Below are positions 1 to 9,890 of a stretch of 64,000 nucleotides of DNA, in pieces. Below the pieces are notes generated by a model, which worked only from the letters and a program-made list of their open reading frames with translations, ran no database searches and was not told the origin of the DNA. This stretch comes from an uncultured Dictyoglomota bacterium (GTDB lineage: Bacteria > Dictyoglomota > Dictyoglomia > Dictyoglomales > Dictyoglomaceae). Made by a program: the position numbers and the translations under genes. How positions within the stretch are numbered: position 1 is the stretch's first letter; the number at the start of each line of letters is the position of its first letter. The stretch spans positions 1-64,000 of the forward strand of contig CAZZIO010000040.1 in assembly GCA_964654465.1 (NCBI GenBank). The letters are read 5' to 3'.

Positions 1-125
1 GCTAACCCTTCCGCCGCTAATACCATCGTTATGGCCGACGTTAATGTCGTCTTACCATGGTCTACGTGACCTATCGTACCTATGTTTACATGTGGCTTCG
101 TCCTTACAAATTTCTCCTTCGCCAT
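1..125 (-). CDS. tuf: Elongation factor Tu, 5' part (runs off window)
   Basis: Manual translation from ATG at 125: [29 protein letters not shown] (P-loop GHVDHGKT); RBS AGGAGG at 135-140. Confidence 0.97.
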   Translation of the reverse strand, partial: MAKEKFVRTKPHVNIGTIGHVDHGKTTLTSAITMVLAAEGL

Positions 126-198
126 CCTTTATCTCCTCCTAAAATTTGGTTTTGATTATAAAAATTAGAAAATAAAACACCTAAGATTATATTTAAAA

Positions 199-274
199 TG
201 GAGCCCACGACCGGGATCGAACCGGTGACCTTACCCTTACCAAGGGTACGCTCTGCCGACTGAGCTACGTGGGC
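199..274 (-). tRNA. tRNA-Thr(GGT)
   Basis: Cloverleaf; anticodon arm TACCC-TT-GGT-AA-GGGTA; GTTCGA T-loop; encoded CCA. Confidence 0.96.
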
Positions 275-292
275 CCATTAAATATAAAAAAT

Positions 293-369
293 TGGTTGCG
301 GGGGAGGGATTTGAACCCTCGACCTCCGGGTTATGAGCCCGGTGAGCTACCTGGCTGCTCTACCCCGCG
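293..369 (-). tRNA. Initiator tRNA-fMet(CAT)
   Basis: Starts CGCGGGG with C1:A72 mismatch; three G-C pairs in anticodon stem (CCGGG-CT-CAT-AA-CCCGG); CCA end. Confidence 0.95.
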
Positions 370-377
370 ATATTAAA

Positions 378-463
378 TGGTGGGGAGGGAGGGATTTGAA
401 CCCCCGAAGGCGTCCGCCAGCAGATTTACAGTCTGCCCCCTTTGGCCACTTGGGTACCTCCCC
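378..463 (-). tRNA. tRNA-Tyr(GTA)
   Basis: GCAGA-CT-GTA-AA-TCTGC anticodon arm, long variable arm, CCA end. Confidence 0.96.
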
Positions 464-479
464 ATATTCACACATCTTA

Positions 480-554
480 TGGAGCCGAGGAAGGGATTCG
501 AACCCCCGACCCGCTGATTACAAATCAGCTGCTCTGCCGCTGAGCTACCTCGGC
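480..554 (-). tRNA. tRNA-Thr(TGT)
   Basis: GCTGA-TT-TGT-AA-TCAGC anticodon arm, GTTCGAA T-loop, CCA end. Confidence 0.96.
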
Positions 555-597
555 TTAATTTTTTCTTTCATAAACTTATCTCAACTGGACACTGAAA

Positions 598-626
598 AGT
601 ATATACATAAATCAAATCTAAGTCAA
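598..626 (-). promoter_or_regulatory. Sigma70-type promoter of the tRNA-tuf operon
   Basis: TTGACT (626-621), 17 bp, TATACT (603-598) on the minus strand. Confidence 0.7.
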
Positions 627-719
627 GGGGCAGGCTTATTTTTTATAACAGTAATTGATGATATAATTAAAAAGGTTTTTGGTAATTTATTAAGCTATAT
701 TAAAGGAGGGATTCTATAT

Positions 720-2369
720 ATGGAAGAATTATCAGAAATAAAATTAGAAGATTCAGATTTATCATTAACTACAGACACTCTCGTTTACGGTGCTGTTCTA
801 AGTGAGGATAAAGATGGGATATGGTTAGATATTGGAAAAAAATATGATGCATTTTTACCATACACTGAATTATCTAAGGAAATAAAATCCAAGATTGAGA
901 AAAAACAGAAGGTAGATAAAATACCCGTCATTATTCAGCATATTAATTTTAAAGATGGTGTTATTTTAGTATCAAACAAAAAAGCCATAGAAAATAAAAT
1001 ATGGGAAGAGTTAATGTGGGCATATGAAAACGAAAAACCTATAAAGGGTAAAGTAATTGACTATCAGGATAGAAAATTTATCATTGAGATTGAAAATGAA
1101 ATCATTGGAATAATACCACATAGAGAGATAGATATGCCCCCATTAAAACCTCCAAAATTTTATCTAAACAAAAAAGTGGAAGGGAAAATAGTAAAAATTA
1201 ACCCGGAAAGAAAACAATTAATTATATCCGTTAGAGAATTATTAGAGAAGGAACAAGAAGAAAAAAAATTAGATCTATGGGAAAAAATTAAAAACTCTGA
1301 TATAGTGAGAGGCAAGATCATAAAAGTAGAAGATGATAAAATAACAGTAGATCTCGGTTTTGGTATAATCGGAACTGTCAATTATGATGAATTATCGTGG
1401 TTCCTTATTAAAAATGTTAGGAGATTTTTTGAGGTTGGAGATATTGTTAAAGCTAAGATTTTAAAGTTAAATGATGAATCAAAAACTGCAGAACTCAGTA
1501 TTAAACAAACACAACCCAATCCATGGAGTGTATTTAAAGAAAAATACCCCATAGGAAGTATTATAGAAGGAGAAATAATTAAAATCACAAATGGAATTCT
1601 CGTTAAAACAGATAATTTATTTGGTTATGTACCTCAAAATGAGATCACATGGGGAAGAGTTAATGAAGAAAGAGAAAAATTTAAAGTCGGAGACAAAATA
1701 AAAGTAAAGGTATTATCGGTTGATGATGAAAGGCAAAGAATCATATTGAGTGTAAAGCAAACCGAACCCAATCCCTGGGAAGTGATTGATGAGATCTTAA
1801 AAGTAGGAGATATAACAAAAGGTAAAATCACTAATATTACAGACTTTGGGATCTTCTTAGAAATAAAACCAGGCTTAGAAGGCTTAATTCCTAAAAAATA
1901 TCTCTCTTGGGAAAGAATAGATAACCTTTCAATTTTCTTTAAAATAGGAGACATAATAGAGGTTAAAGTTATAAATATTGATAAGGAAAATAGAAAACTC
2001 ACTTTAAGTAGAAGAGATTTATTAAAAGATCCTTGGGAAGACATAGATAAAAGATATAGAGAAGGAGATAACATAAAAGGAAAGATAATAGAAAAAACAA
2101 AAGATGGAATAATTGTAGAAATAGAACCAGGTATAGAAGGATTCCTACCTCAAAATCAAGTATACCTTGATAAAGAAGATAATGAAAACGTTACAGATTA
2201 TATAGAAGCTAAAATCATAAGAATTAATACTCAAAACAGAAAAATTATTCTTTCAAGAAAAGCATTATTAAAAGAGAGATTAGAAAAAGAAATTAAAGAA
2301 CAACTAAAAGAATTTTCTCCTCCGCCTATAACATTAGGTGAAATCTTAAAGCTCAAAAATATTCAATAG
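720..2369 (+). CDS. rpsA: 30S ribosomal protein S1 (multi-S1-domain protein)
   Basis: Repeated S1 motifs (e.g. GKITNITDFGIFLEIKPGLEGLIP, NPW linkers); true start ATG 720 after AGGAGG; the ORF-track extension to 333 is antisense tRNA sequence. Confidence 0.85.
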   Translation: MEELSEIKLEDSDLSLTTDTLVYGAVLSEDKDGIWLDIGKKYDAFLPYTELSKEIKSKIEKKQKVDKIPVIIQHINFKDGVILVSNKKAIENKIWEELMWAYENEKPIKGKVIDYQDRKFIIEIENEIIGIIPHREIDMPPLKPPKFYLNKKVEGKIVKINPERKQLIISVRELLEKEQEEKKLDLWEKIKNSDIVRGKIIKVEDDKITVDLGFGIIGTVNYDELSWFLIKNVRRFFEVGDIVKAKILKLNDESKTAELSIKQTQPNPWSVFKEKYPIGSIIEGEIIKITNGILVKTDNLFGYVPQNEITWGRVNEEREKFKVGDKIKVKVLSVDDERQRIILSVKQTEPNPWEVIDEILKVGDITKGKITNITDFGIFLEIKPGLEGLIPKKYLSWERIDNLSIFFKIGDIIEVKVINIDKENRKLTLSRRDLLKDPWEDIDKRYREGDNIKGKIIEKTKDGIIVEIEPGIEGFLPQNQVYLDKEDNENVTDYIEAKIIRINTQNRKIILSRKALLKERLEKEIKEQLKEFSPPPITLGEILKLKNIQ

Positions 2370-2382
2370 CATAAATACTACC

Positions 2383-2423
2383 TACCCCCTCTTTTGTTAT
2401 TTTGAAGGAGGGGGTATTTTTTT
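2383..2423 (+). terminator. Intrinsic terminator after rpsA
   Basis: TACCCCCTC...GAGGGGGTA stem followed by a T7 run. Confidence 0.7.
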
Positions 2424-2775
2424 ATTTAGACATAATAATTTCTAAAATCCTTGTGATTTTTTTATCTAATAGAGCAATTTTTTGATCTAAATCTTGAAAG
2501 TTTAAGGTTGTAGATTGTTTTTCTGCTACTTTTTTAACCTCTTCTAATAAAGATGTTTCTTGTGTTCTTAAAACTCTCAACATCTCTGAAATTTCTCTTA
2601 TCTCTCTCCTCAAAGCTTCTTCCTTATTGGACAGTTCTTCTATTTTTTTATTTATCTCATATATCTCTGTAATTTTACCTTGAGATGAACTTAAAAGTCT
2701 ATATAAGAACACAAGAAAAACAATAATTATTCCAAAAATAACAAAATCTAAAATTCTACTAATATTAATCATCAT
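2422..2775 (-). CDS. Hypothetical membrane-anchored coiled-coil protein
   Basis: N-terminal hydrophobic helix, then heptad-rich charged region; GAGGGGG RBS-like sequence upstream. Confidence 0.7.
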   Translation of the reverse strand: MMINISRILDFVIFGIIIVFLVFLYRLLSSSQGKITEIYEINKKIEELSNKEEALRREIREISEMLRVLRTQETSLLEEVKKVAEKQSTTLNFQDLDQKIALLDKKITRILEIIMSK

Positions 2776-2868
2776 TCTCCTTATTCCCCCTCACAGACAT
2801 TTTTAAATAGACTTTGAATTTTCTGTTATACTTATAAAATATATCATACAAGGAGGAAATAGTAAATA

Positions 2869-3567
2869 ATGATATATAAGACACATTTAGCTTTAAATTA
2901 CTTAGTTCTACAGACCATTCTTAAACTATCAGATGGGATGCCAGAAAAGATACTAACTCCTTGGGGTATTGGCACCATCATAGGAACAACTATTGGTACT
3001 TTTGTACCAGATGTTGATGCACCTCACTCAGAAGTCTCAAAAAGACTTCTTCCAACAAAAACACTGCTCAACTTACTAATTCCTATTTTATCTGTTTTTT
3101 TCAGTTTAGCTTTATCTTTACTGATATGTTCTAAAACTGGACTAAACTATATATATGATAAAATAATCTTATTTTTTGTTATTTTTACAATTGTATCCAT
3201 AATTCTATCTTTAGTTTTTAAGTTATTACTAAAGCCCTTATTTGTACATAGAGGCTTACTTCATAGTATATGGGGTTTATTAATTATAAATCTTTTTCTG
3301 TCTGCAATGTATATTAATAACCTTAAAAATCTTCCATTAAGTTTTATAAACATGTATAATGGATTCTATATAGGAATTAATATTGGCTATTTAGGCCATT
3401 TAATAGGCGATATGATGACATTTCATGGGATTAATCCCGTATTTCCAATAAAATGGAAAATAAGTCTGAAAATATTTCGTACAAATAGCTTAGAAGAAAA
3501 GATCTTCATGATTATCTTAATAATAGTAAACATAATCTTTTTTCTTGCAAATATTTTTAAAGTTTAG
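2869..3567 (+). CDS. YdjM-family inner-membrane metal-dependent hydrolase
   Basis: Motifs KTH, PDVD, HRGLLHS, HLIGD; several TM helices; AGGAGG RBS. Confidence 0.8.
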   Translation: MIYKTHLALNYLVLQTILKLSDGMPEKILTPWGIGTIIGTTIGTFVPDVDAPHSEVSKRLLPTKTLLNLLIPILSVFFSLALSLLICSKTGLNYIYDKIILFFVIFTIVSIILSLVFKLLLKPLFVHRGLLHSIWGLLIINLFLSAMYINNLKNLPLSFINMYNGFYIGINIGYLGHLIGDMMTFHGINPVFPIKWKISLKIFRTNSLEEKIFMIILIIVNIIFFLANIFKV

Positions 3568-3577
3568 GAGGTAAACC

Positions 3578-4858
3578 ATGATTGATATCAAAACATTAAG
3601 AGAAAATCCTGATCTAATGAAAGAAAATATCCTATTAAGAAACTTAGATCCAGAAAAATATAATGTGGACTATATTTTAGAATTAGATTCTAAAAGAAGA
3701 GAACTCCAAAAAGAATTAGATAACCTAAGATCACTAAGAAATAAAATATCTCAAGAAATAGGCAAAAAACAAGATCAAGAAAGGGAAAAGTTAATCAAAG
3801 AAGCTAAAGAATTAAAGGAAAAAATTGAAAAAATCGAAGAAGAGTTCAAAAATATTGAAAAAGAACTTTATCAACGTCTCTGGCAACTTCCTAATTTTCT
3901 TTCGCCAAAAGCCCCAAGGGGAAAAGATGAAAATGATAATGTAGAAATTAAAAGATGGGGAGAAATTAAAAAATTCAACTTTACTCCCAAGGACCATCTG
4001 GACTTAGGAATGATGAATGATTTATTGGATTTTGAAAGAGGTAGTAAAGTTACAGGATCAAACTTCTACTATTTAAAAAATGAAGCTGTAATATTAGAAT
4101 TTGCTCTGATGCAGATGGTTATAGATACTTTAGTTCCAGAAGGTTTCAAAATATTTATTACTCCAGACTTAGCCAAAATGGAGATCATTGATGGCATAGG
4201 TTTTCAACCAAGAGGACCTGAAGCCCAAATTTATAGAGTAGAAAATTTTGATTTAGGCCTTATTGCTACTGCAGAAATAACTTTAGGTGGTTACCACAAA
4301 GATGAAATTTTAGATGAGTTAGACCTTCCACTAAAATATTTAGGCTTTTCTCACTGTTTTAGGACAGAGGCTGGAGCATATGGAAGATATAATAGAGGTC
4401 TTTATAGAGTCCACCAATTTAGTAAAGCAGAAATATTTATTATATGTAGGCCTGAAGATTCAGAAGACATGCATGAATACATATTAGGATTAGAGGAAAA
4501 AATCTTCCAAAAACTAGAAATACCATATAGAGTTTTAGATATTTGCTCTGGTGACTTGGGAGCACCTGCTGCAAGAAAATTTGATATTGAGGCATGGATG
4601 CCAGGGAGAGGAGATTTTGGAGAGGTTACAAGCTGTTCAAATTGCACAGACTACCAAGCAAGAAGACTAAATATAAGATTTAGAAGAGTAACAGGAGAAG
4701 TATCATATGTACATATGCTAAATGGTACAGCTATTGCAATTTCAAGAGCATTAATTGCTATCCTTGAAAATTATCAACAAGAAGACGGAAGCATTTTAAT
4801 TCCGAAAGCTCTACAACCTTATACCTTAGGTATTAGAGAGATTAAACCCAAAGCATAA
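3578..4858 (+). CDS. serS: Serine--tRNA ligase
   Basis: N-terminal coiled coil, ATAE, FRTEAG...RVHQF, SCSNCTDYQARRL, LNGT motifs. Confidence 0.97.
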   Translation: MIDIKTLRENPDLMKENILLRNLDPEKYNVDYILELDSKRRELQKELDNLRSLRNKISQEIGKKQDQEREKLIKEAKELKEKIEKIEEEFKNIEKELYQRLWQLPNFLSPKAPRGKDENDNVEIKRWGEIKKFNFTPKDHLDLGMMNDLLDFERGSKVTGSNFYYLKNEAVILEFALMQMVIDTLVPEGFKIFITPDLAKMEIIDGIGFQPRGPEAQIYRVENFDLGLIATAEITLGGYHKDEILDELDLPLKYLGFSHCFRTEAGAYGRYNRGLYRVHQFSKAEIFIICRPEDSEDMHEYILGLEEKIFQKLEIPYRVLDICSGDLGAPAARKFDIEAWMPGRGDFGEVTSCSNCTDYQARRLNIRFRRVTGEVSYVHMLNGTAIAISRALIAILENYQQEDGSILIPKALQPYTLGIREIKPKA

Positions 4859-4890
4859 AATAAGCCCCCTTAAAATGGGGGCTTATTTTT
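4857..4890. terminator. Bidirectional intrinsic terminator between serS and nrdJ
   Basis: AAAATAAGCCCC ... GGGGCTTATTTT inverted repeat with A/T tails on both sides, between convergent genes. Confidence 0.85.
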
Positions 4891-7139
4891 TAATAACACT
4901 TTGAGTAACCACAAACTCTACACGTTAAGCAACCTTCTGCTATCTGTAGAGGTGCACCACATTCTGGACATGGAATTCCTGAATAGGAACTTTCCTTATC
5001 TGAAGATTTAGGCATAATTACAAAATTATTGTGAGAGGAAAAATTTACACCACCTTCTTTTAGCACTAAATATTTTTCCAATGCTTTTGCAATAGCATCA
5101 GAACAAGAGAAGATAAAATCACCCTCTTCTGATCTTGTGGGATTAGGACATCTTATTCCCTTTAACTGTTTAATAATAGAATTTATATCTACACCACTCC
5201 TTAAGGTCAAAGAAATTAGTCTTGAGATTGCTTCAGTTTGAGATGCTGCACATCCTCCTGCTTTACCTAAGGTTGAGAACACTTCACATATGCCAAATTC
5301 ATCTTCATTCACTGTTACATATAGATTACCACAACCAGTCTTTATTTTTATTGTTGCACCATGAGTTATATTTGGACGTGGTCGTGGTTTTACTTTATGT
5401 TCAGTTTTATCCTCCTTTGCCTCTTTCGTTTCTACACTCAAAACTTGTTCTGTTCTTGATTTATCTCTATATACAGTTATTCCTTTCAAACCTAACTCAT
5501 GGGCCATTAGATAAATTTTTCTTATATCATCTTTGGTAGCTGATTGTTTTAAATTTACAGTCTTTGATACCGCATTATCTACATATTTTTGAAATGCAGC
5601 TTGCATTAGAACATGATCTTCATAATCTATATCTAATGCTGTAACAAACAATTTTCTTATCTTCTCTGGTATCTCTTCCATATCTTTAATAGTGCCTTTT
5701 TCTAATATCTTTTCTATTATTTCATCTGAATATATCCCTTCCTTTATTAACGCTTCCTTAAACAAAGGATAAACCTCATTCCATTCCCCCAAGCTCACCT
5801 TTCTTTTATATGCCAAAGCAAAAATAGGCTCAATACCAGAAGAAGCATTAGCTATTATACTAATACTTCCAGTAGGAGCAATAGTAGTTAAAGTAGCATT
5901 TCTTAACCTTAAACCCATATCCTTATAAATACTCTTTTCCCAATTTGGGAAAACTCCTCTTTTTTCTGCAAGATTTAGAGAAGCATTTCTTGCTTCATCA
6001 AGGATAAACCTCATAATTTCTTCCGCTATATCTCTTGCTTTCTGAGTATTATAAGGAATTTCAAGAAGAATCAAAAGATCATAAAAACCCATAACACCAA
6101 GGCCAATTTTTCTATTAGTTTTTGTAATCTCTTCTATTTGCTTTAAAGGATATGTATTAGCATCAATTACATTATCTAAAAAATGAACTGCCTTGTGTAC
6201 TGTTTCTCTTAATTTATCCCAATCAATCTCATTCTTATCACCATTACTCTTAATCATTTTACCAAGATTTATAGATCCCAAATTACAAGATTCAAAAGGA
6301 AGTAAAGGTTGCTCACCACAAGGGTTTGTAGCCTCAATTTCTCCAACACCAGGCGTCGGATTTTTTCTGTTAATTTCATCAATGAATATTACCCCAGGTT
6401 CCCCATTTTTCCAAGCCTGTTCCACAATAAGATCAAATATTTCTCTTGCTTTTACTTTTTTAACAACTTCTTTGTTTCTCGGATTTATCAATTCAAAATC
6501 ATCATCCCTCAAAACAGCTTCCATAAATTTATCTGTAATAGCAACAGATATATTAAAGTTGGGTAGCACTCCTTCTTTATCTTTACAGGTAATAAATTCA
6601 AAAATATCAGGATGATCAACTCGAAGAATTCCCATATTTGCGCCTCTTCTTACACCACCCTGCTTTATGGTATCTGTTGCTGCATCATAAACCTTCATAA
6701 AACTTACTGGTCCAGAAGCAACACCTCCAGTTGTCCTAACAATATCCCCCTTAGGACGAAGGCGAGAAAATGAAAATCCAGTACCTCCTCCAGACTGATG
6801 TATTAAAGCCGCATACTTCAATCCATCAAATATGCTCACTAATGAATCCTCAATTGGTATAACAAAACATGCTGATAGTTGTCCTAATGGTCTACCAGCA
6901 TTCATAAGTGTAGGCGAATTAGGAAGAAACTCTAAAGAAACCATCATATCATAAAATTTTTCTTTTGTTTCTTCCCAATTAGCATTAGAGTCATAAATAA
7001 GATCTATTTTAGCAATACTTTCAGAAACTCTCTCAAACATCTCTTCCGGAGTCTCAATAACATTTCCGTTTTCATCCTTTTTAAGATATCTCTTTTGTAG
7101 TATATTTAAAGCTTGTTCAGTTAATTCTACTTTCTTCAT
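4890..7139 (-). CDS. nrdJ: Class II (adenosylcobalamin-dependent) ribonucleotide reductase with C-terminal TSCPD/Zn-ribbon region
   Basis: [22 protein letters not shown] (thiyl Cys), SCNLGS, TIAPTG; C-terminal [14 protein letters not shown]; no small subunit adjacent. Confidence 0.92.
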   Translation of the reverse strand: MKKVELTEQALNILQKRYLKKDENGNVIETPEEMFERVSESIAKIDLIYDSNANWEETKEKFYDMMVSLEFLPNSPTLMNAGRPLGQLSACFVIPIEDSLVSIFDGLKYAALIHQSGGGTGFSFSRLRPKGDIVRTTGGVASGPVSFMKVYDAATDTIKQGGVRRGANMGILRVDHPDIFEFITCKDKEGVLPNFNISVAITDKFMEAVLRDDDFELINPRNKEVVKKVKAREIFDLIVEQAWKNGEPGVIFIDEINRKNPTPGVGEIEATNPCGEQPLLPFESCNLGSINLGKMIKSNGDKNEIDWDKLRETVHKAVHFLDNVIDANTYPLKQIEEITKTNRKIGLGVMGFYDLLILLEIPYNTQKARDIAEEIMRFILDEARNASLNLAEKRGVFPNWEKSIYKDMGLRLRNATLTTIAPTGSISIIANASSGIEPIFALAYKRKVSLGEWNEVYPLFKEALIKEGIYSDEIIEKILEKGTIKDMEEIPEKIRKLFVTALDIDYEDHVLMQAAFQKYVDNAVSKTVNLKQSATKDDIRKIYLMAHELGLKGITVYRDKSRTEQVLSVETKEAKEDKTEHKVKPRPRPNITHGATIKIKTGCGNLYVTVNEDEFGICEVFSTLGKAGGCAASQTEAISRLISLTLRSGVDINSIIKQLKGIRCPNPTRSEEGDFIFSCSDAIAKALEKYLVLKEGGVNFSSHNNFVIMPKSSDKESSYSGIPCPECGAPLQIAEGCLTCRVCGYSKCY

Positions 7140-7141
7140 TT

Positions 7142-9757
7142 TTAATTACTCCCTTTTCCTTTAAGTTTTACCACTTCATCTAATAGACTCTTTAAAGATT
7201 CATCGTTAGGCTTGTATTTAAGTCCATCCTTTATAATTTTTTCAGCCATATCTATCTTTCCTTTTTGTATTAAAACATAAGCAAGATTAGAATAAGCTTG
7301 AATATAGTCAATTTTAGCATTTATTGCTTTTGAAAACCAATACTCAGCATTATCATAATCTCCCAACATATAATAACAAGCCCCAATATTATTCATAGCT
7401 TCAAAAGAGTTAGGATTTGCCTCTAATGCTTTCTTAAAAAACTCTATGGCTTTCTGATAATTTTTATTATTATAATAGTCAAGACCCCTTTGTACTAAAA
7501 CATTATCGTTTAATTTTATTTGGGGTAAAGATTTTTTGATTCCCCAAGCTTCATAAACTTTCTTTAAAAGGGCTAAAACTTTATCGTCATAGGGATCATA
7601 AGATAGTGCTTTCAATAATAACTCCTCAGCCTTTTTATAATTTTTCAATTGATAATAAATTAATCCTAAATTGACATACAAATCCTTACTGTCCGGCTTT
7701 TTGCTAAGGAGATTTTCATAAATATTCTTTGCTTCTTCATATTTTCTTTTCGTATAGTAGTATTGTGCCATATAATTCAACGCTTCTTCATGATTAGGAT
7801 CTATCTCTAATATCCTTTTTGCAATTTCCAACACTTTATTCTGATCTTTCAAATCAAAAGAATATAATCTCATCAAATTCTCCATAGGCGGTATTGAATA
7901 TTTATCATAAGATAGAGCTTTATATAAACTTTCTTCAGCTTTATATAGTAAACTTTTATCCTTTTCTCCTAAATAATGATAAGACTGTGCATAAAATGCT
8001 CCTACAAGGTTATATGTTAAAGATCTGTAATATGCATTTTTAAGCATACCCTCTATATGATATAAACCTCTGTTAAAAGCATAATTTTTATCATTTTCAT
8101 TAGTAGTAGCTCCCATTATATTTAAATAGGCTTTTACTGCTGCTTCTCTAAATGCTGATTCTTGAGGACGAAGTCTAATTGCTTCCTCAAATAAAGCTGA
8201 TGCCTTTCCTGCATCTCCTGATACAGAGTAATCCAAACCGAATCTATAAAACACCTCTGCCCTGAAAAATCTTGCTGATATATAAATGCTAAACAAACTA
8301 ATAAAAGTAAACATAATAAATAGAATACTTTTTAACATATGAGGCAAATTCCTCACATCTATCTTCCATACTTTATCAGAATCATAAAATTTATAGGATA
8401 GAAGTATAAAAGCAGTAAGAGACCAAAAATAAAGATATGTAGCTGATAATCCAAAAAGAACCAAACTTTGGATGATAAAACCAATCCATCCTGAAATAAC
8501 CCCTAAATATAATATCCTCTCTGAATTAGGAATTTTATCAATCATGTAAATACCGTTTCTGAAAGTATTTATTAATATCATACAAAAAGATAGAAGGCCA
8601 AAAATGCCAAGAGGAAATAGAATATCAAGAAACTCATTATGTTCCCTATCTGGATATCCTTTACCTCGATCATATCTTGCAAGATCTAAGGACTTATATG
8701 GAGTAAAATTGAAAGAGAAAGTTTCATGACCAAGTCCTATCAGTAACCTTGGTGATTTTAAAATTTTATCCGTAAAAAGATTAATACTATCTCTCCACGT
8801 CAATACACGAGGATTTGATTGTGTAACTCCTAATCCTACACCAATACTTTGGAATCTTTCCTTTAACGAGAAAACTCCTAAATTTTGTCTTTTTATATAG
8901 TATTCTTGTTCTGTAAAATAGAAGACTCCTACTGTAAATATCATTCCTACGATTAGCAATATTGTGATTATAGAATTTTTCTTTATAAAATTTCTATTTC
9001 TTAAAAACATATATCCATAATAGAATACCAGAGATATAATGAAGGCTATCCAGGAACCACGTGTATAACTACCTAATAAAACTAAAAAAGAAGAAAGAAA
9101 AATTAGAAGATATAATATTTTTGAATAGTATTTTTCCGAGGTGTAAATCTTGGACAAAATAATAGGAATAACCATTACTAAAAAATGGCCTAAAAAATCA
9201 GCATGCCCTAAGGTAGAAATAATTCGTGATTCAGTTCTAACCCTCTCAAACCAAGGCATCAATCTGTATATCTGTAAAATTCCAACAAAAGTTACAATAA
9301 CTGTGGAGAAAATTATTGCCCAGAAAAAATAGTTTTGTTCTTTTTGAGAATCAACCACATCATAGATAAGGAAAAAAATAACAAAATAAAAGAAATAGCT
9401 AAGAAACCCCATCTGTCTCATATAGGAACCAAAAAAGCTTAGATAGAAATTAGTTGAAAAAATTGTAGATAAAATCCAAGAAATTAAGAATAAAAAAATC
9501 CATATAGAAACACTCTTAGGAGGTAGTATAAATTCTCTTTTTCCTAAAATTAACCACAGACCGATAAGTAATAAAGCTAAACCCCCTAATATTCTTATCA
9601 ATGTTACCTTAGGTAGCTCCGAAACATCATGTATCCGCAAAAAATATGGTTGAGTAATAGGTACTAGGAAAATTAATAATAACAAAGATGCAAAAATAAA
9701 GAGTCTAAGATAATGGTCAGTATATTTCTCTTCAATCTTATTAACTTTTTTCTTCAT
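7142..9757 (-). CDS. O-antigen ligase (Wzy_C)-like polytopic membrane protein with C-terminal TPR repeats
   Basis: Many TM helices, TRGSW, R..TW...GLG...F and HNEFL motifs; multiple TPR units after about residue 500. Confidence 0.8.
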   Translation of the reverse strand: MKKKVNKIEEKYTDHYLRLFIFASLLLLIFLVPITQPYFLRIHDVSELPKVTLIRILGGLALLLIGLWLILGKREFILPPKSVSIWIFLFLISWILSTIFSTNFYLSFFGSYMRQMGFLSYFFYFVIFFLIYDVVDSQKEQNYFFWAIIFSTVIVTFVGILQIYRLMPWFERVRTESRIISTLGHADFLGHFLVMVIPIILSKIYTSEKYYSKILYLLIFLSSFLVLLGSYTRGSWIAFIISLVFYYGYMFLRNRNFIKKNSIITILLIVGMIFTVGVFYFTEQEYYIKRQNLGVFSLKERFQSIGVGLGVTQSNPRVLTWRDSINLFTDKILKSPRLLIGLGHETFSFNFTPYKSLDLARYDRGKGYPDREHNEFLDILFPLGIFGLLSFCMILINTFRNGIYMIDKIPNSERILYLGVISGWIGFIIQSLVLFGLSATYLYFWSLTAFILLSYKFYDSDKVWKIDVRNLPHMLKSILFIMFTFISLFSIYISARFFRAEVFYRFGLDYSVSGDAGKASALFEEAIRLRPQESAFREAAVKAYLNIMGATTNENDKNYAFNRGLYHIEGMLKNAYYRSLTYNLVGAFYAQSYHYLGEKDKSLLYKAEESLYKALSYDKYSIPPMENLMRLYSFDLKDQNKVLEIAKRILEIDPNHEEALNYMAQYYYTKRKYEEAKNIYENLLSKKPDSKDLYVNLGLIYYQLKNYKKAEELLLKALSYDPYDDKVLALLKKVYEAWGIKKSLPQIKLNDNVLVQRGLDYYNNKNYQKAIEFFKKALEANPNSFEAMNNIGACYYMLGDYDNAEYWFSKAINAKIDYIQAYSNLAYVLIQKGKIDMAEKIIKDGLKYKPNDESLKSLLDEVVKLKGKGSN

Positions 9758-9800
9758 CCTAACTCTCCCTCAAAAATATTAATTTTAACGATGGTAATAA

Positions 9801-9851
9801 AGTCTAACAAGGTTTAAAAACCTTGTCAATTTTTCTACTTAATAATAAAAT
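9801..9851. promoter_or_regulatory. Overlapping divergent promoters with a palindrome
   Basis: Minus: TTGACA (9829-9824)-17-TAGACT (9806-9801). Plus: TTGTCA (9823-9828)-17-TAAAAT (9846-9851). Inverted repeat ACAAGGTTT-AA-AAACCTTGT at 9807-9826. Confidence 0.6.
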
Positions 9852-9890
9852 CATAATAAGCATTAATATTTAACAAAAGGAGGATGAAAA

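Noticed and set aside
333-719. 129-aa N-terminal extension of the S1 ORF
   Set aside because: It is the antisense reading of tRNA genes plus promoter DNA; the RBS points to ATG 720
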